DNA from: Dehalococcoidia bacterium
GTDB taxonomy: Bacteria > Chloroflexota > Dehalococcoidia > UBA2979
DNA: 64,000 bases
NCBI GenBank assembly: GCA_965262725.1
Contig: OZ253555.1
Span: forward strand, 3,168,001 to 3,232,000
Direction of reading: 5' to 3'
The notes below the pieces were generated by a model. The model did no database searches, had not been told where the DNA came from, and saw only the letters and a list, made by a program, of their open reading frames with translations. A program made the position numbers and the translations under genes. Positions 27,922-37,520 of this stretch are shown one piece after another (the stretch's first letter is position 1; each line of letters starts with the position of its first letter).

Positions 27922-29520
27922 ATGAAGAACGAGTTCGTCGTCGCGATCACACAGCTCTCGGCCGAGAAGAGCCTGGACACCGACACCGTCTTCGACGCCG
28001 TCGAGTCGGCGATGGCGTCGGCGTTCAAGAACGACGACCTCCTCTACGCCGACGTCGTGGTGAAGATCGACCGCGACTCCGGGGACATCGACGCGTGGCG
28101 CCGCTACGAGGTGGTCGCCGACGACGAGATCGAAGACGACGAGTTGCAGCTATCACCGGAGCGCGCCGCCGCGATGGGCCACCCGGGCCTCGCGCCCGGC
28201 GACGAGGTGCTCGAGCCCATCCCCCAGAGTCCGAGCACAGGCCGAATCGCAGCCCAGACCGCAAAACAGGTCGTGCTGCAGCGGCTGCGCGAGGCGGAGC
28301 GCGAGGCGGTCTACAGCGAGTTCACCAGCAAGGAAGGCGAGCTGGTCTCCGGCACGGTGCTGCGCGTCGAGCAGGGCCGGCACGTGATCATCGACCTCGG
28401 CCGCACCGAGGCCGTGCTCCCCGTCTCCGAGCAGGTCCGACCGGAGCACTACCGGGTCGGCCAGCGCCTGCGGGTCTACGTGAAGGAGGTCTACCGCGCC
28501 TCGAAGGGGCCCCAGGTGGTGATCTCGCGCTCGCACCCCGAGCTCGTCCGACGGCTGCTCGAGCTCGAGGTGCCCGAGATCGCGCGCGGCACCGTGGAGG
28601 TGATGAGGATCGCGCGCGATCCCGGCTATCGCTCGAAGGTCGCGCTCATCTCGCGCCAGCACGGCATCGATCCGATCGGAGCCACGATCGGGATCCGCGG
28701 CTCGCGCATCCAGAACATCGTGAACGAGCTCAACGGCGAGCGGATCGATCTGATCCGCTGGGATCCGAACGACGCCGTCTTCGTGAGCAGTGCCCTCCGT
28801 CCCGCCGAGGTGGTCTCAGTGAGGGTGGATGCGCAGACGAACACTGCCTTCGTGGCCGTGCCGGACAAGCAGATGACGCTCGCGATCGGCAAAGAGGGTC
28901 AGAACGCGCGCCTCGCCGCGAAGCTCGCGGGGCGCCGCATCGAGATCCAGACGGAGGGCTCCCTCATCAGCGCCGGGGAGGATCTCTACCCACCGCCCGA
29001 GCCGAACATGGAGGCGATCCCGCGCTCGGACGTGCCACTGGAGCCCGCGCTGCCCCCGCTGCCCGAGGCCGTCGCCACCGGCGCCGACTACCAGCGCCCG
29101 GGCCTCCCCGGATCGTCGCCGCCGCCGGCCGCGCCGGCGACCGCTCCTCCCGAGCCCGCGCTCACGCCGGAGCAGGAGGTCTTGGCAGGGTTCGTGGAAG
29201 AGGAGCCGACTGCGCCTCTCGAGGAGACGCATCCCGCTCCGACGCGGCCCCAGCCGGCGGCGCCGGCCACCGGCCTCCGCTTCGCCGAGGAGATCTCCGG
29301 CCTGGCGCGCGAGGAGGAGCCGGAGGAGCGCCGGCCGCCGCGGCGCCCGCGACGGGCGAGCGGGCGCGGCGGCCGCGCTGCCGGTGCCGAGCGCGCTCCG
29401 GTCGCGCCGCGCGAGGGACGACGCTTCGAGGTCGACGAGGAGGATATCGAGGAGGGACTCGCCGAGCTCCACGACGACTACAGCGAGTACGCCGACATGT
29501 TCACGGACGAGGAGGAGTAG
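27922..29520 (+). CDS. nusA: Transcription termination factor NusA with long Pro/acidic C-terminal extension
   Basis: GRIAAQTAKQV..Q, SRSHP, LEVPEI, RDPG.RSK, AIGKEGQNARLAAKL. Confidence 0.97.
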   Translation: MKNEFVVAITQLSAEKSLDTDTVFDAVESAMASAFKNDDLLYADVVVKIDRDSGDIDAWRRYEVVADDEIEDDELQLSPERAAAMGHPGLAPGDEVLEPIPQSPSTGRIAAQTAKQVVLQRLREAEREAVYSEFTSKEGELVSGTVLRVEQGRHVIIDLGRTEAVLPVSEQVRPEHYRVGQRLRVYVKEVYRASKGPQVVISRSHPELVRRLLELEVPEIARGTVEVMRIARDPGYRSKVALISRQHGIDPIGATIGIRGSRIQNIVNELNGERIDLIRWDPNDAVFVSSALRPAEVVSVRVDAQTNTAFVAVPDKQMTLAIGKEGQNARLAAKLAGRRIEIQTEGSLISAGEDLYPPPEPNMEAIPRSDVPLEPALPPLPEAVATGADYQRPGLPGSSPPPAAPATAPPEPALTPEQEVLAGFVEEEPTAPLEETHPAPTRPQPAAPATGLRFAEEISGLAREEEPEERRPPRRPRRASGRGGRAAGAERAPVAPREGRRFEVDEEDIEEGLAELHDDYSEYADMFTDEEE

Positions 29521-29563
29521 CGGCACGCCACTGGAGGCCACGACGAAACGCCGCCGGCCACAC

Positions 29564-29875
29564 GTGCCGGACCCGGTCCGGCAGCGGCCCCAGCGCAGCT
29601 GCGTCGCCTGCCGCTCGAAGCGGGAGAAGCGCCAGCTGACGCGGCTCGTGCGCGACACCGACGGATCCATCCACACGGACCCCGAGGGGCGGGCCGAAGG
29701 GCGCGGCGCTTACCTCTGTGACGACCCGGCCTGCTGGCGGCGCGTGGTCACGAAGCCCATGCTGCTGGCCCGCGCGCTGCGCGCGCCGGCCGGGACCATC
29801 GCAGCCTCGGCGCTGGAGAATCTTGCGGGAGCGCCCGCAGCGCCGGTCGTGCCGGCGGAGGGAGCGAGCAGATGA
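29564..29875 (+). CDS. ylxR: YlxR/RnpM family RNA-binding protein
   Basis: PQRSCVACR, L.RLVR, GRGAYLC....CW; lies between nusA and infB. Confidence 0.9.
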   Translation: MPDPVRQRPQRSCVACRSKREKRQLTRLVRDTDGSIHTDPEGRAEGRGAYLCDDPACWRRVVTKPMLLARALRAPAGTIAASALENLAGAPAAPVVPAEGASR

Positions 29876-31689
29876 CGCAGGCAGGATCCCCGGTCCGCCT
29901 CCCCGACGCGATCACGGTCAAGGACCTCGCCGACCTGCTCGGCGTGACCTCCATCGACGTGATCAAGGAGCTGATGAAGAACGGGGTCATGGCCACCATC
30001 AACCAGGTGGTGGACTTCGACACGGCCGCCATCGTCGCGAGCGACTTCGGATTCGTGCCGGAGGAGGCGAACGCCCCGCCGACACTCGCTGTCGCCGACC
30101 CGGCCGATGCCCCCGACGAGGCGCGCGAGGAGGAGGGCGACCGCGCGAGCACCTCGCGCCGGATCGTGGAGGAGGCGGGCCCGGATCTGAGGCCGCGCCC
30201 CCCGATCATCACCGTCCTGGGTCACGTTGACCACGGGAAGACCACCGTGCTCGATCGCATCCGCGAGGCGAAGGTGGCGGAGAGCGAGGCGGGCGGGATC
30301 ACGCAGCACATCGGCGCCTACCGCGCGACCGCGCCCGACGGTCGGGAGATCACCTTTATCGACACCCCGGGGCACGAGGCCTTCACGCAGATGCGCGCGC
30401 GCGGCGCGCAGGTGACCGACGTCGCCATTGTGGTGGTTGCTGCCGACGACGGCGTCATGCCGCAGACGCGCGAGGCGCTCGACCACGTGCGCGCCGCCGG
30501 CGTCCCGCTCGTCGTCGCCATCAACAAGATCGACACCGGGAACGCCGACCCGGACCGGGTCAAGCGGCAGCTGATGGAGGTCGGTCTCGTCCCGGAGGAG
30601 TTCGGAGGCGAGCAGGTGGTCGTGCCGATCTCCGCGCTGCAAGGCGAGGGGATCGAGGAGTTGATCGAGAGCGTCCAGCTCGTCGCCGATCTGCAGGAGC
30701 TCGCCGCCAGCCCGGACCGCGAGGCGACGGGGATCGTGCTCGAGGCCGCGACCGATCCGCATCGAGGCGTGGTGGCCACCATCCTCGTGCAGAGCGGCAC
30801 TCTCCGCGTGGGCGACGCCATCCTTGCGGGCTTCGCCCACGGGCGCATCAAGGCGATGACCGACGAGCGGGGAGCCCGGCTGCGCAACGCCGGGCCCTCG
30901 GTACCGACGGTGGTGCTCGGCCTCTCGGAGGTGCCGCCCGCCGGGGAACGCGTCGTGGTGGTGGGAAGCGACCGCGAGGCGCGCCGCCTCGCCGAGGAGC
31001 GGCGGCGGGCCTCCGAGGCCGGCGGCGAGAGCGCGGGCGCCGTGTCGCTCGACACGCTCTTCGGCGAGATTCACAGCGGCAACGTGCGCGACTTCAACGT
31101 CGTCTTGAAGACCGACGTGCAGGGCTCGGTGGAGCCGCTCGTCCGCTCGTTGGAGGAGCTTGCCGTTGACGAGGTCAACGTCAAGGTGATCCACGCCGCC
31201 GCCGGATCCATCAACGAGTCCGACGTGAACCTCGCCGTCGCCTCGCAGGGCGTCATCCTCGGCTTCAACACGCGCCCGGAGCTGGGCGCGCGCCGCTTGG
31301 CCACCCAGGAGAGCGTGGAGATCCGACTGTACGACGTGATCTACCAGATGCTCGACGACGTCCGGCTCGCGGTCTCGGGGCTGCTCGAGCCGATCTTCGA
31401 GGAGCGCCAGGACGCGAGCATCGAGGTGCGCGCCGTCTTCCGCCGGGGAAGGCGCAACGCCATCGCCGGGTGCTACGTCCGCGCCGGAACGGCCCGTCGC
31501 GGCGCGAAAGCCCGCGTGCTGCGCAGCGGCAAGCAGCTGCACGAGGGCGAGATCGGATCGCTGCGCCGCATCGACGAGGACGCGCGCGAGGTTGCCGCCG
31601 GGCTCGAGTGCGGGATCATGATCGGCGGGTTCACCGCGTTCGAAGAGGGCGACGAGGTCGTCACGTACCATCTGGAGCAGACGCGCTGA
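29872..31689 (+). CDS. infB: Translation initiation factor IF-2
   Basis: GHVDHGKTT, EAGGITQHIGAY, DTPGHEAF, NKID, DVQGS. Confidence 0.98.
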   Translation: MTQAGSPVRLPDAITVKDLADLLGVTSIDVIKELMKNGVMATINQVVDFDTAAIVASDFGFVPEEANAPPTLAVADPADAPDEAREEEGDRASTSRRIVEEAGPDLRPRPPIITVLGHVDHGKTTVLDRIREAKVAESEAGGITQHIGAYRATAPDGREITFIDTPGHEAFTQMRARGAQVTDVAIVVVAADDGVMPQTREALDHVRAAGVPLVVAINKIDTGNADPDRVKRQLMEVGLVPEEFGGEQVVVPISALQGEGIEELIESVQLVADLQELAASPDREATGIVLEAATDPHRGVVATILVQSGTLRVGDAILAGFAHGRIKAMTDERGARLRNAGPSVPTVVLGLSEVPPAGERVVVVGSDREARRLAEERRRASEAGGESAGAVSLDTLFGEIHSGNVRDFNVVLKTDVQGSVEPLVRSLEELAVDEVNVKVIHAAAGSINESDVNLAVASQGVILGFNTRPELGARRLATQESVEIRLYDVIYQMLDDVRLAVSGLLEPIFEERQDASIEVRAVFRRGRRNAIAGCYVRAGTARRGAKARVLRSGKQLHEGEIGSLRRIDEDAREVAAGLECGIMIGGFTAFEEGDEVVTYHLEQTR

Positions 31690-31776
31690 TCCCGGCGCCG
31701 CTGGAGGGTGCTCGCGCCTCGTGGGCCGCTCCCGGATCCGGGTCCCGGCGGCGCCGGGACCTGCGGCGATGACGCA

Positions 31777-32199
31777 ATGAGCCGTCGAACAGAGAAGCTC
31801 GCCGACCTCCTGCAGTCGACGCTCGCCGAACTGATCCAGCGCCGCCTCAAGGACCCCGTCCTAGAGGGAGGCCTGATCTCGCTGACCCGCGTGGAGGTCA
31901 CGCCCGACCTCGCCACTGCGCGCGTCTACGTCTCGGTGCTCAGTCTCGGCGACGGAGGCGAAGTCGACACGAGACTGCTCGAGCAGGGGGTCCTCGCCGC
32001 GCTCGGCCGTGCCGGTTCCCTTCTCACCCGCGAGCTGGCACGCGAGTTGCACCTTCGCCGTGTCCCACGGCTGCGCTTTCTCGCCGATCACTCGATCCGT
32101 GAGGGGAGCCGCCTGACGGATCTGATGCGGGATCTGACGCTCAGCGGTCAGTGCGACACGGGCGAGAGCGTGGCCGGCCCGGGAGAGCCTCCCCCGTGA
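31777..32199 (+). CDS. rbfA: Ribosome-binding factor A
   Basis: LKDP, VEVTPDL..ARVYVS, LRRVPRLRF..D.S; follows infB. Confidence 0.93.
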   Translation: MSRRTEKLADLLQSTLAELIQRRLKDPVLEGGLISLTRVEVTPDLATARVYVSVLSLGDGGEVDTRLLEQGVLAALGRAGSLLTRELARELHLRRVPRLRFLADHSIREGSRLTDLMRDLTLSGQCDTGESVAGPGEPPP

Positions 32200-33233
32200 C
32201 GCGGAGTGCCACGACGGGGCGCCCGGCCCTACGGGGCTTCCTGAACATCGACAAGCCCGCCGGCCTCAGTTCCTTCGATGTCGTGCGCGCCGTCCGCCGC
32301 GCCGCGGGCATCCGACGCGTCGGCCACGCCGGCACGCTCGACCCCGCAGCCACCGGCGTGCTCCCGATCGCCCTCGGCGAGGCAACCCGTCTCGTCGAGG
32401 AGGTGATGGACGCGCGCAAGCGCTACCGCACCGCTATCGAGTTCGGGGTGGAGACCGACACCGACGACGGCGATGGCGAGGTCGTTGGCCGTGGCGATGC
32501 CTCCTCCGTCTCGCACGAGCAGGTCGAGGCCGAGCTCGCCCCCTTCCGCGGGGAGCAGTGGCAGAGGCCGCCCGCCTACTCGGCCGTGAAGCGCGGCGGC
32601 GTCCCCGCCTACCGGGCGGCCCGCGCGGGAGCGCCGCTCGATCTCGAGGAGCGGCCGGTGGTGACGTACGCCGTCGACCTCGTCGGCTTCGAGCGAGGGG
32701 AGGGCCGGGGACCCCTGGCCACGGTCGAGGTGGAATGCGGACGCGGCTACTACGTGCGCTCCCTGGCGCGCGACCTCGGTCGGGCCCTCGGCTGCGGCGC
32801 CTGCGTTCGGGGGCTGAGGCGGCTCTCGGTCGGGCCCTTCCGCGCGGCGGAGTCCGTACCGCTCGCGTACGCGGAGGAGCGACTCCGGGCGGGGGACGTG
32901 GAGACGCTCCTGCACGCGCCCGACGCGGTAGTGACCGGCTGGCCGGCGCTCATCGTCGGCGAGGGGGCGGTCGCGGAGCTGCGGGTTGGGCGCGACATCC
33001 GCGCACCGCGCCGGTGGCCGCACCCAGTCGCGGCCCAGGGACAGAGGGCGCGCTGCTACGGGCCCGACGGGCACCTCGTGGCGCTCCTGGCGGCGACCGC
33101 GATTCCCGATGCCTGGCACCCCTACCGCGTGCTTCCGGCCGGCCCCCGGGAGGCGGGAGCCACGCCCGAGCCGGGCGGCGAGATGGGCGTGAGGGAGCCC
33201 GTATCCGGATCTGACGACGGACACTGTCGTTGA
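32196..33233 (+). CDS. truB: tRNA pseudouridine(55) synthase
   Basis: IDKPAG.SSFDVV, VGHAGTLDP.ATGVL, PPAYSAVK, G.YVRSLARDLG. Confidence 0.96.
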   Translation: MTRSATTGRPALRGFLNIDKPAGLSSFDVVRAVRRAAGIRRVGHAGTLDPAATGVLPIALGEATRLVEEVMDARKRYRTAIEFGVETDTDDGDGEVVGRGDASSVSHEQVEAELAPFRGEQWQRPPAYSAVKRGGVPAYRAARAGAPLDLEERPVVTYAVDLVGFERGEGRGPLATVEVECGRGYYVRSLARDLGRALGCGACVRGLRRLSVGPFRAAESVPLAYAEERLRAGDVETLLHAPDAVVTGWPALIVGEGAVAELRVGRDIRAPRRWPHPVAAQGQRARCYGPDGHLVALLAATAIPDAWHPYRVLPAGPREAGATPEPGGEMGVREPVSGSDDGHCR

Positions 33234-33341
33234 CACTGGGCTCGGCCCTCAAGTAGAGGTATCAGGTACCTGCCGACGGGGCGGGTGAGTGTGACCTGCG
33301 CGCCCCAGCAAGCGCCGGGAGGCTTCGGCCGGAGGAGGACG

Positions 33342-33488
33342 ATGGAAGCGTACTGCCTGAAGTGCCGCGACAAGCGCGAGATGAGCAATTCCACGTCCAT
33401 CACCATGAAGAACGGCCGCCCCGCCGTGCAGGGCACCTGTCCGACCTGCGGGACGAAGATGTTCAAGATTCAGAAGGCTCAGGCCTAG
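33342..33488 (+). CDS. DUF5679-type small zinc-ribbon protein (48 aa)
   Basis: AYCLKCR.KREM...MKNGRPA..GTCPTCGTKMFKI; GGAGG RBS. Confidence 0.85.
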   Translation: MEAYCLKCRDKREMSNSTSITMKNGRPAVQGTCPTCGTKMFKIQKAQA

Positions 33489-33528
33489 CGACCCACGACG
33501 CCGACCCTGAAGTCGGACGAAGCAGAGC

Positions 33529-34440
33529 TCAACTGTCGGCTTCGGCCGCGTCGGCCCACCCGCGCCGAGCTCTCAGTGCGAACTCGAGAAACGCGTCGCG
33601 GCGGGGGTGGGGCCGCGCGTCGGCCCGGCGCACGCCCACGAGCACGCGCTCGGCGACGAACCGGCCGCGACGGAGCGCGCCGCCCCCGCGCTCGGCAACG
33701 GGATCAGGCAGCACGCTCCAGCCGAGGCCGAGCGCAACCATCTGGCGCAGCACCTCTGGATTGTGGCTTTCCAGCGTGACCCGTGGATCGATGCCGAGCG
33801 CGGCTAGCCCGGCGTCGATGAGGCCGCGTGTGCGCTGGCCCCGCGGATAGAGCACCCAGTCGGAGTCGGCCGGGTCGCTGACCGGCCCCGGCGGTGCGTA
33901 GAGGTGGAGGGGCTCCCGCTCGACCTCCGCGCTCCAGAGGTCGGCATCGGCGGGACCGACCACGAACGCGAGGTCCAGCTCGAAGCGACGCAACCGATCG
34001 AGCAGGGTCGTGCTCGTGTCGACACTGAGCCTGAGATCGACACCGGGGAAGCGCGCGGCGAAATCGCGTACGACGCCGGGGAGGACGTAGAGGCTCGCCG
34101 CGTCGATCATCCCCACACGCAGCGTCCCGCGCTCGCCCCGGGCGCGTTCGCCGAGCTGCTCTCGGAGGTCCTCCACCTGCGCCGCCACGCGCTCCGCGAA
34201 GGCAAGCACCTCCTCCCCCTCCCCGGTGAGGCGGCGGCCACGGCCGTCCCGCTCGACGAGCGGCACGCCGACGCGGCGCTCCAGGTTCGCGAGCGCGCGG
34301 GAGAGGGCCGGCTGGCTGACGCCGAGCCTCGGGGCGGCGGACATGACGCCCCCAGCGCGCGCGATCTCCCGTAGGTAGGAGAGCTGCCGCAGCCGCACGT
34401 CGAGAAGCGATGCCGGATCGGCGTGGGAGTGGTCGGCCAT
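33529..34440 (-). CDS. LysR family transcriptional regulator
   Basis: LRQLSY....AA..LGVSQPALSR...LE..VG..L.ER..R...LT..G HTH; divergent from ino1. Confidence 0.92.
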   Translation of the reverse strand: MADHSHADPASLLDVRLRQLSYLREIARAGGVMSAAPRLGVSQPALSRALANLERRVGVPLVERDGRGRRLTGEGEEVLAFAERVAAQVEDLREQLGERARGERGTLRVGMIDAASLYVLPGVVRDFAARFPGVDLRLSVDTSTTLLDRLRRFELDLAFVVGPADADLWSAEVEREPLHLYAPPGPVSDPADSDWVLYPRGQRTRGLIDAGLAALGIDPRVTLESHNPEVLRQMVALGLGWSVLPDPVAERGGGALRRGRFVAERVLVGVRRADARPHPRRDAFLEFALRARRGWADAAEADS

Positions 34441-34459
34441 CGTCGCCGTCCCCGTTTCC

Positions 34460-34515
34460 GTACACATACTGTTCTGCTATATGTTTATCACATCCAATGC
34501 ATTTGTAGTATCCGT
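34460..34515. promoter_or_regulatory. AT-rich divergent promoter region with LysR-type T-N11-A site
   Basis: T-ATGTTTATCAC-A at 34480-34492 overlapping ATG-N7-CAT dyad; strongly AT-rich versus background. Confidence 0.45.
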
Positions 34516-34592
34516 TGGGCTGCGCTACCGTTCCGCGCAACGACCGCGCCCGCCGGCACGCGGGCGGTCCCACGAAACGGAGAACGAGTCAG

Positions 34593-35717
34593 ATGGGCAA
34601 GGAAATCAAGGTCGCCATCATCGGCGTCGGCAACTGCGCCTCCTCGCTGGTACAGGGCGTTGAGTTCTACCGCGACGCGGAGGACGGGCAAACGATCCCG
34701 GGGCTGATGCACCCGGTCCTCGGCGGCTACCGCATCCGCGACATCCGCTTCACCGCGGCCTTCGACATCGACGCAAACAAGGTGGGAACCGACCTCGCCG
34801 AGGCGATCTACGCACCGCCGAACAACACCTTCCGCTTCGCGGACGTGCCGACGACCGGCGTAGTCGTCGACCGCGGCATGACGCACGACGGCCTCGGCCG
34901 CTACCTCTCCGAGGTGATCACGAAGGCGCCGGGCTCGACGGTCGACATAGTCCGGATCCTGCGGGACACCGAGACCGATGTGGTGATCAACTACCTCCCG
35001 GTCGGATCCGAGTCCGCCACCAAGTGGTACGTCGAGCAGGTACTGCAGGCGGGGTGCGCGTTCATCAACTGCATCCCCGTCTTCATCGCGCGGCAGGAGG
35101 ACTGGGGCGAGCGCTTCCGCGAGCACGGCCTGCCGATCATCGGCGACGACATCAAGTCGCAGGTCGGCGCCACCATCCTGCACCGCACCATGACCCGCCT
35201 CTTCGCAGACCGCGGGGTCCGCCTCGACCGCACCTACCAGCTCAACTTCGGCGGCAACACGGACTTCCTCAACATGCTCGAGCGCGAGCGCCTCGAGTCG
35301 AAGAAGATCTCGAAGACCAACGCCGTCACCTCCCAGATCGACTTCGAGATGCCGGACGGCGACGTGCACGTCGGTCCGTCGGATCACGTTCCCTGGCTGC
35401 AGGACCGCAAGTGGTGCCACATCCGCATGGAGGGCACGACCTTCGGCGAGGTGCCGCTCACGGTGGAGACCAAGCTCGAGGTCTGGGACAGCCCGAACTC
35501 GGCGGGGGTCGTGATTGACGCGATCCGCTGCGCCAAGCTCGCGCTCGACCGCGGGCAGTCGGGACCGCTGCTCGAGCCGTCGGCATACTTCATGAAGTCG
35601 CCGCCCGAGCAGTGGCATGACGACGTCGCCCGCGACCGACTCGAGGCCTTCATCGCGGGGAACGACGAGGAGGGGACGGGGGCCGCGGCTCGGGCCGCAC
35701 ACGACGGCGCGGAGTAG
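34593..35717 (+). CDS. ino1: myo-inositol-1-phosphate synthase
   Basis: [53 protein letters not shown]. Confidence 0.96.
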   Translation: MGKEIKVAIIGVGNCASSLVQGVEFYRDAEDGQTIPGLMHPVLGGYRIRDIRFTAAFDIDANKVGTDLAEAIYAPPNNTFRFADVPTTGVVVDRGMTHDGLGRYLSEVITKAPGSTVDIVRILRDTETDVVINYLPVGSESATKWYVEQVLQAGCAFINCIPVFIARQEDWGERFREHGLPIIGDDIKSQVGATILHRTMTRLFADRGVRLDRTYQLNFGGNTDFLNMLERERLESKKISKTNAVTSQIDFEMPDGDVHVGPSDHVPWLQDRKWCHIRMEGTTFGEVPLTVETKLEVWDSPNSAGVVIDAIRCAKLALDRGQSGPLLEPSAYFMKSPPEQWHDDVARDRLEAFIAGNDEEGTGAAARAAHDGAE

Positions 35718-35727
35718 GGATCCCGCC

Positions 35728-36603
35728 GTGATCGCCTACGCCGCGGTGCGGCTGATCGCGGCTCTCGCGCGGACGCTGCCGCGTCCGATCTCCTACGCGC
35801 TCGCCCGTGCCGGCGGCGTGCTCGCCTACCACGTGTGGTGGGGCGGGCGTCGGCGGTGCGTCGCCAACATGCTCCGGGTCGCCGATGGCGATGCCACGGC
35901 GGCCAGGCGCCTCGCGCGGCGCTCTTTCTCCAACTACGGCGCCTACCTCGTCGACTTCCTGCGGCTCCTCGGCGCACGCCCCGAGGAGGTAGGCGCCCGC
36001 TTCGACTTCGACGACTGGGATCGGATCGCGGCCGAGCGCAGGGGCAACGGCATCGTCTTCGTCACCGCCCACTACGGGCTCTGGGACATTGGGGCGGTCG
36101 CGCTCTCGGCGCGCGGCTTCCCGGTGACCACCGTCGCCGACCGATTCCAGAACGCGCGCCTCGACCACCTGATCCTCGGATCGCGCGAGCGGCTCGGCCT
36201 CACCATCATCTCCGCCGATCGCATCGGTCCGCGCCTGCTGCGAGCGCTCCGGCGCAACGAGATCACGGCGCTCCACGTCGACATCCCCGTCGCGGAGGCG
36301 GGCGCGCGCATCGAGTTCTTCGGCGCCCCCGTGGGGGTCGCGGACGGCTTCGCGCGGCTGGCCTTGAGGGCACGTGCGCCGGTGATCGCCGCGACGCTGC
36401 CGCGACGCGGCCCCTGGAGCGAGCACGCTCGCGGCCGCATCGATCCCATCGAATTCGAGCCGACCGGGGACGCCGACCTCGACGTGCACGCACTGACACA
36501 GGCGACCTTCCGCGTGCTCGAGAGGCACATCCGCGACGACCCCGCGCAGTGGTACATCTTCCGCGACCTCTGGCTCGAGCCGACCGCGGTCTCTCGGGAC
36601 TAG
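35728..36603 (+). CDS. Lysophospholipid/PIM-type acyltransferase (LpxL/PatA family) 1
   Basis: HYGLWD (HX4D), FFG, P.QW motifs. Confidence 0.87.
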   Translation: MIAYAAVRLIAALARTLPRPISYALARAGGVLAYHVWWGGRRRCVANMLRVADGDATAARRLARRSFSNYGAYLVDFLRLLGARPEEVGARFDFDDWDRIAAERRGNGIVFVTAHYGLWDIGAVALSARGFPVTTVADRFQNARLDHLILGSRERLGLTIISADRIGPRLLRALRRNEITALHVDIPVAEAGARIEFFGAPVGVADGFARLALRARAPVIAATLPRRGPWSEHARGRIDPIEFEPTGDADLDVHALTQATFRVLERHIRDDPAQWYIFRDLWLEPTAVSRD

Positions 36604-36613
36604 CGGGGCGGTC

Positions 36614-37489
36614 GTGCTGCGCTACGTGGCGCTGTGGCTCGCGGTCAGGGCCGGGCGCTGGGTCCCGGTGCGTGCGCTCTACGCCGCCGCGGATGTTGCG
36701 GCGCGCCTCGCGTGGGCGGGCTCCCCGGGGCTGCGCTCTGTCACGCGCGACCACATGCGCCACGTCCTGGGCATCGGCGCGGCGGCGACGGAGATGGACG
36801 GCGCCGCGCGCGGCGCCGTGCGCTCGGCCGCCTTCTACTACGCCGACCTCGCGCGCTACTCCCACCTCGACCCCGAGGACTCGTTCGCGGAGGTCGAGTC
36901 CTACGAGGGCGTCGAGCACCTCTTTCAGGCATGGGATCGCGGCTGCGGCGTGGTGATGGTGTCGGCCCACCTCGGCAACCCGGAGATGATCGTGCAGGCG
37001 CTCGGGCCCTTCGGCATCGCGCCGATGGTGCTGACCGAGCCGCTCGCGCCCCGGCGCCTGCACGACCTCGTGCACGAGGTGCGCCAGCACACGGGCGTGC
37101 CGTTCGTCCCGGTCGACCGGGCGGGGATGCGCCGAGCGGTCGCGCACCTCCGCTCCGGAGGCGCGCTCGCGATTCTCGCGGACCGTGACGTGCTGGGAAG
37201 CGGCCGTCCGGCTCCCTTCTTCGGCGAACGCGCGCCCATGCCGCACGGCGCCGTCGAGCTCGCGCGGCGCACGGGGGCAGCCCTCGTCACCGGCTTCGTC
37301 TACCGCGCGGGCGTCGCGCGCTACCGCATCGTGATCGAGCCACCGCTCACGATCCCGCGCACCGAGGACCGCGCCGCGGACACCCGCGAGGGGATGCGCC
37401 TCCTCCTAGCCCGGCTGGAGCGGGGCATCCGGGCAGCGCCGGAGCAGTGGTTCGCGCTCACGCCGGTGTGGACCCGCATTCCGCGCTGA
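36614..37489 (+). CDS. Lysophospholipid/PIM-type acyltransferase (LpxL/PatA family) 2
   Basis: SAHLGNPE (HX4E), LADRD, FFG...MP.G..ELARRTGA, PEQW. Confidence 0.88.
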   Translation: MLRYVALWLAVRAGRWVPVRALYAAADVAARLAWAGSPGLRSVTRDHMRHVLGIGAAATEMDGAARGAVRSAAFYYADLARYSHLDPEDSFAEVESYEGVEHLFQAWDRGCGVVMVSAHLGNPEMIVQALGPFGIAPMVLTEPLAPRRLHDLVHEVRQHTGVPFVPVDRAGMRRAVAHLRSGGALAILADRDVLGSGRPAPFFGERAPMPHGAVELARRTGAALVTGFVYRAGVARYRIVIEPPLTIPRTEDRAADTREGMRLLLARLERGIRAAPEQWFALTPVWTRIPR

Positions 37490-37520
37490 GCCGGCGGCGC
37501 GGCGCGTACAATGCCCCCCG

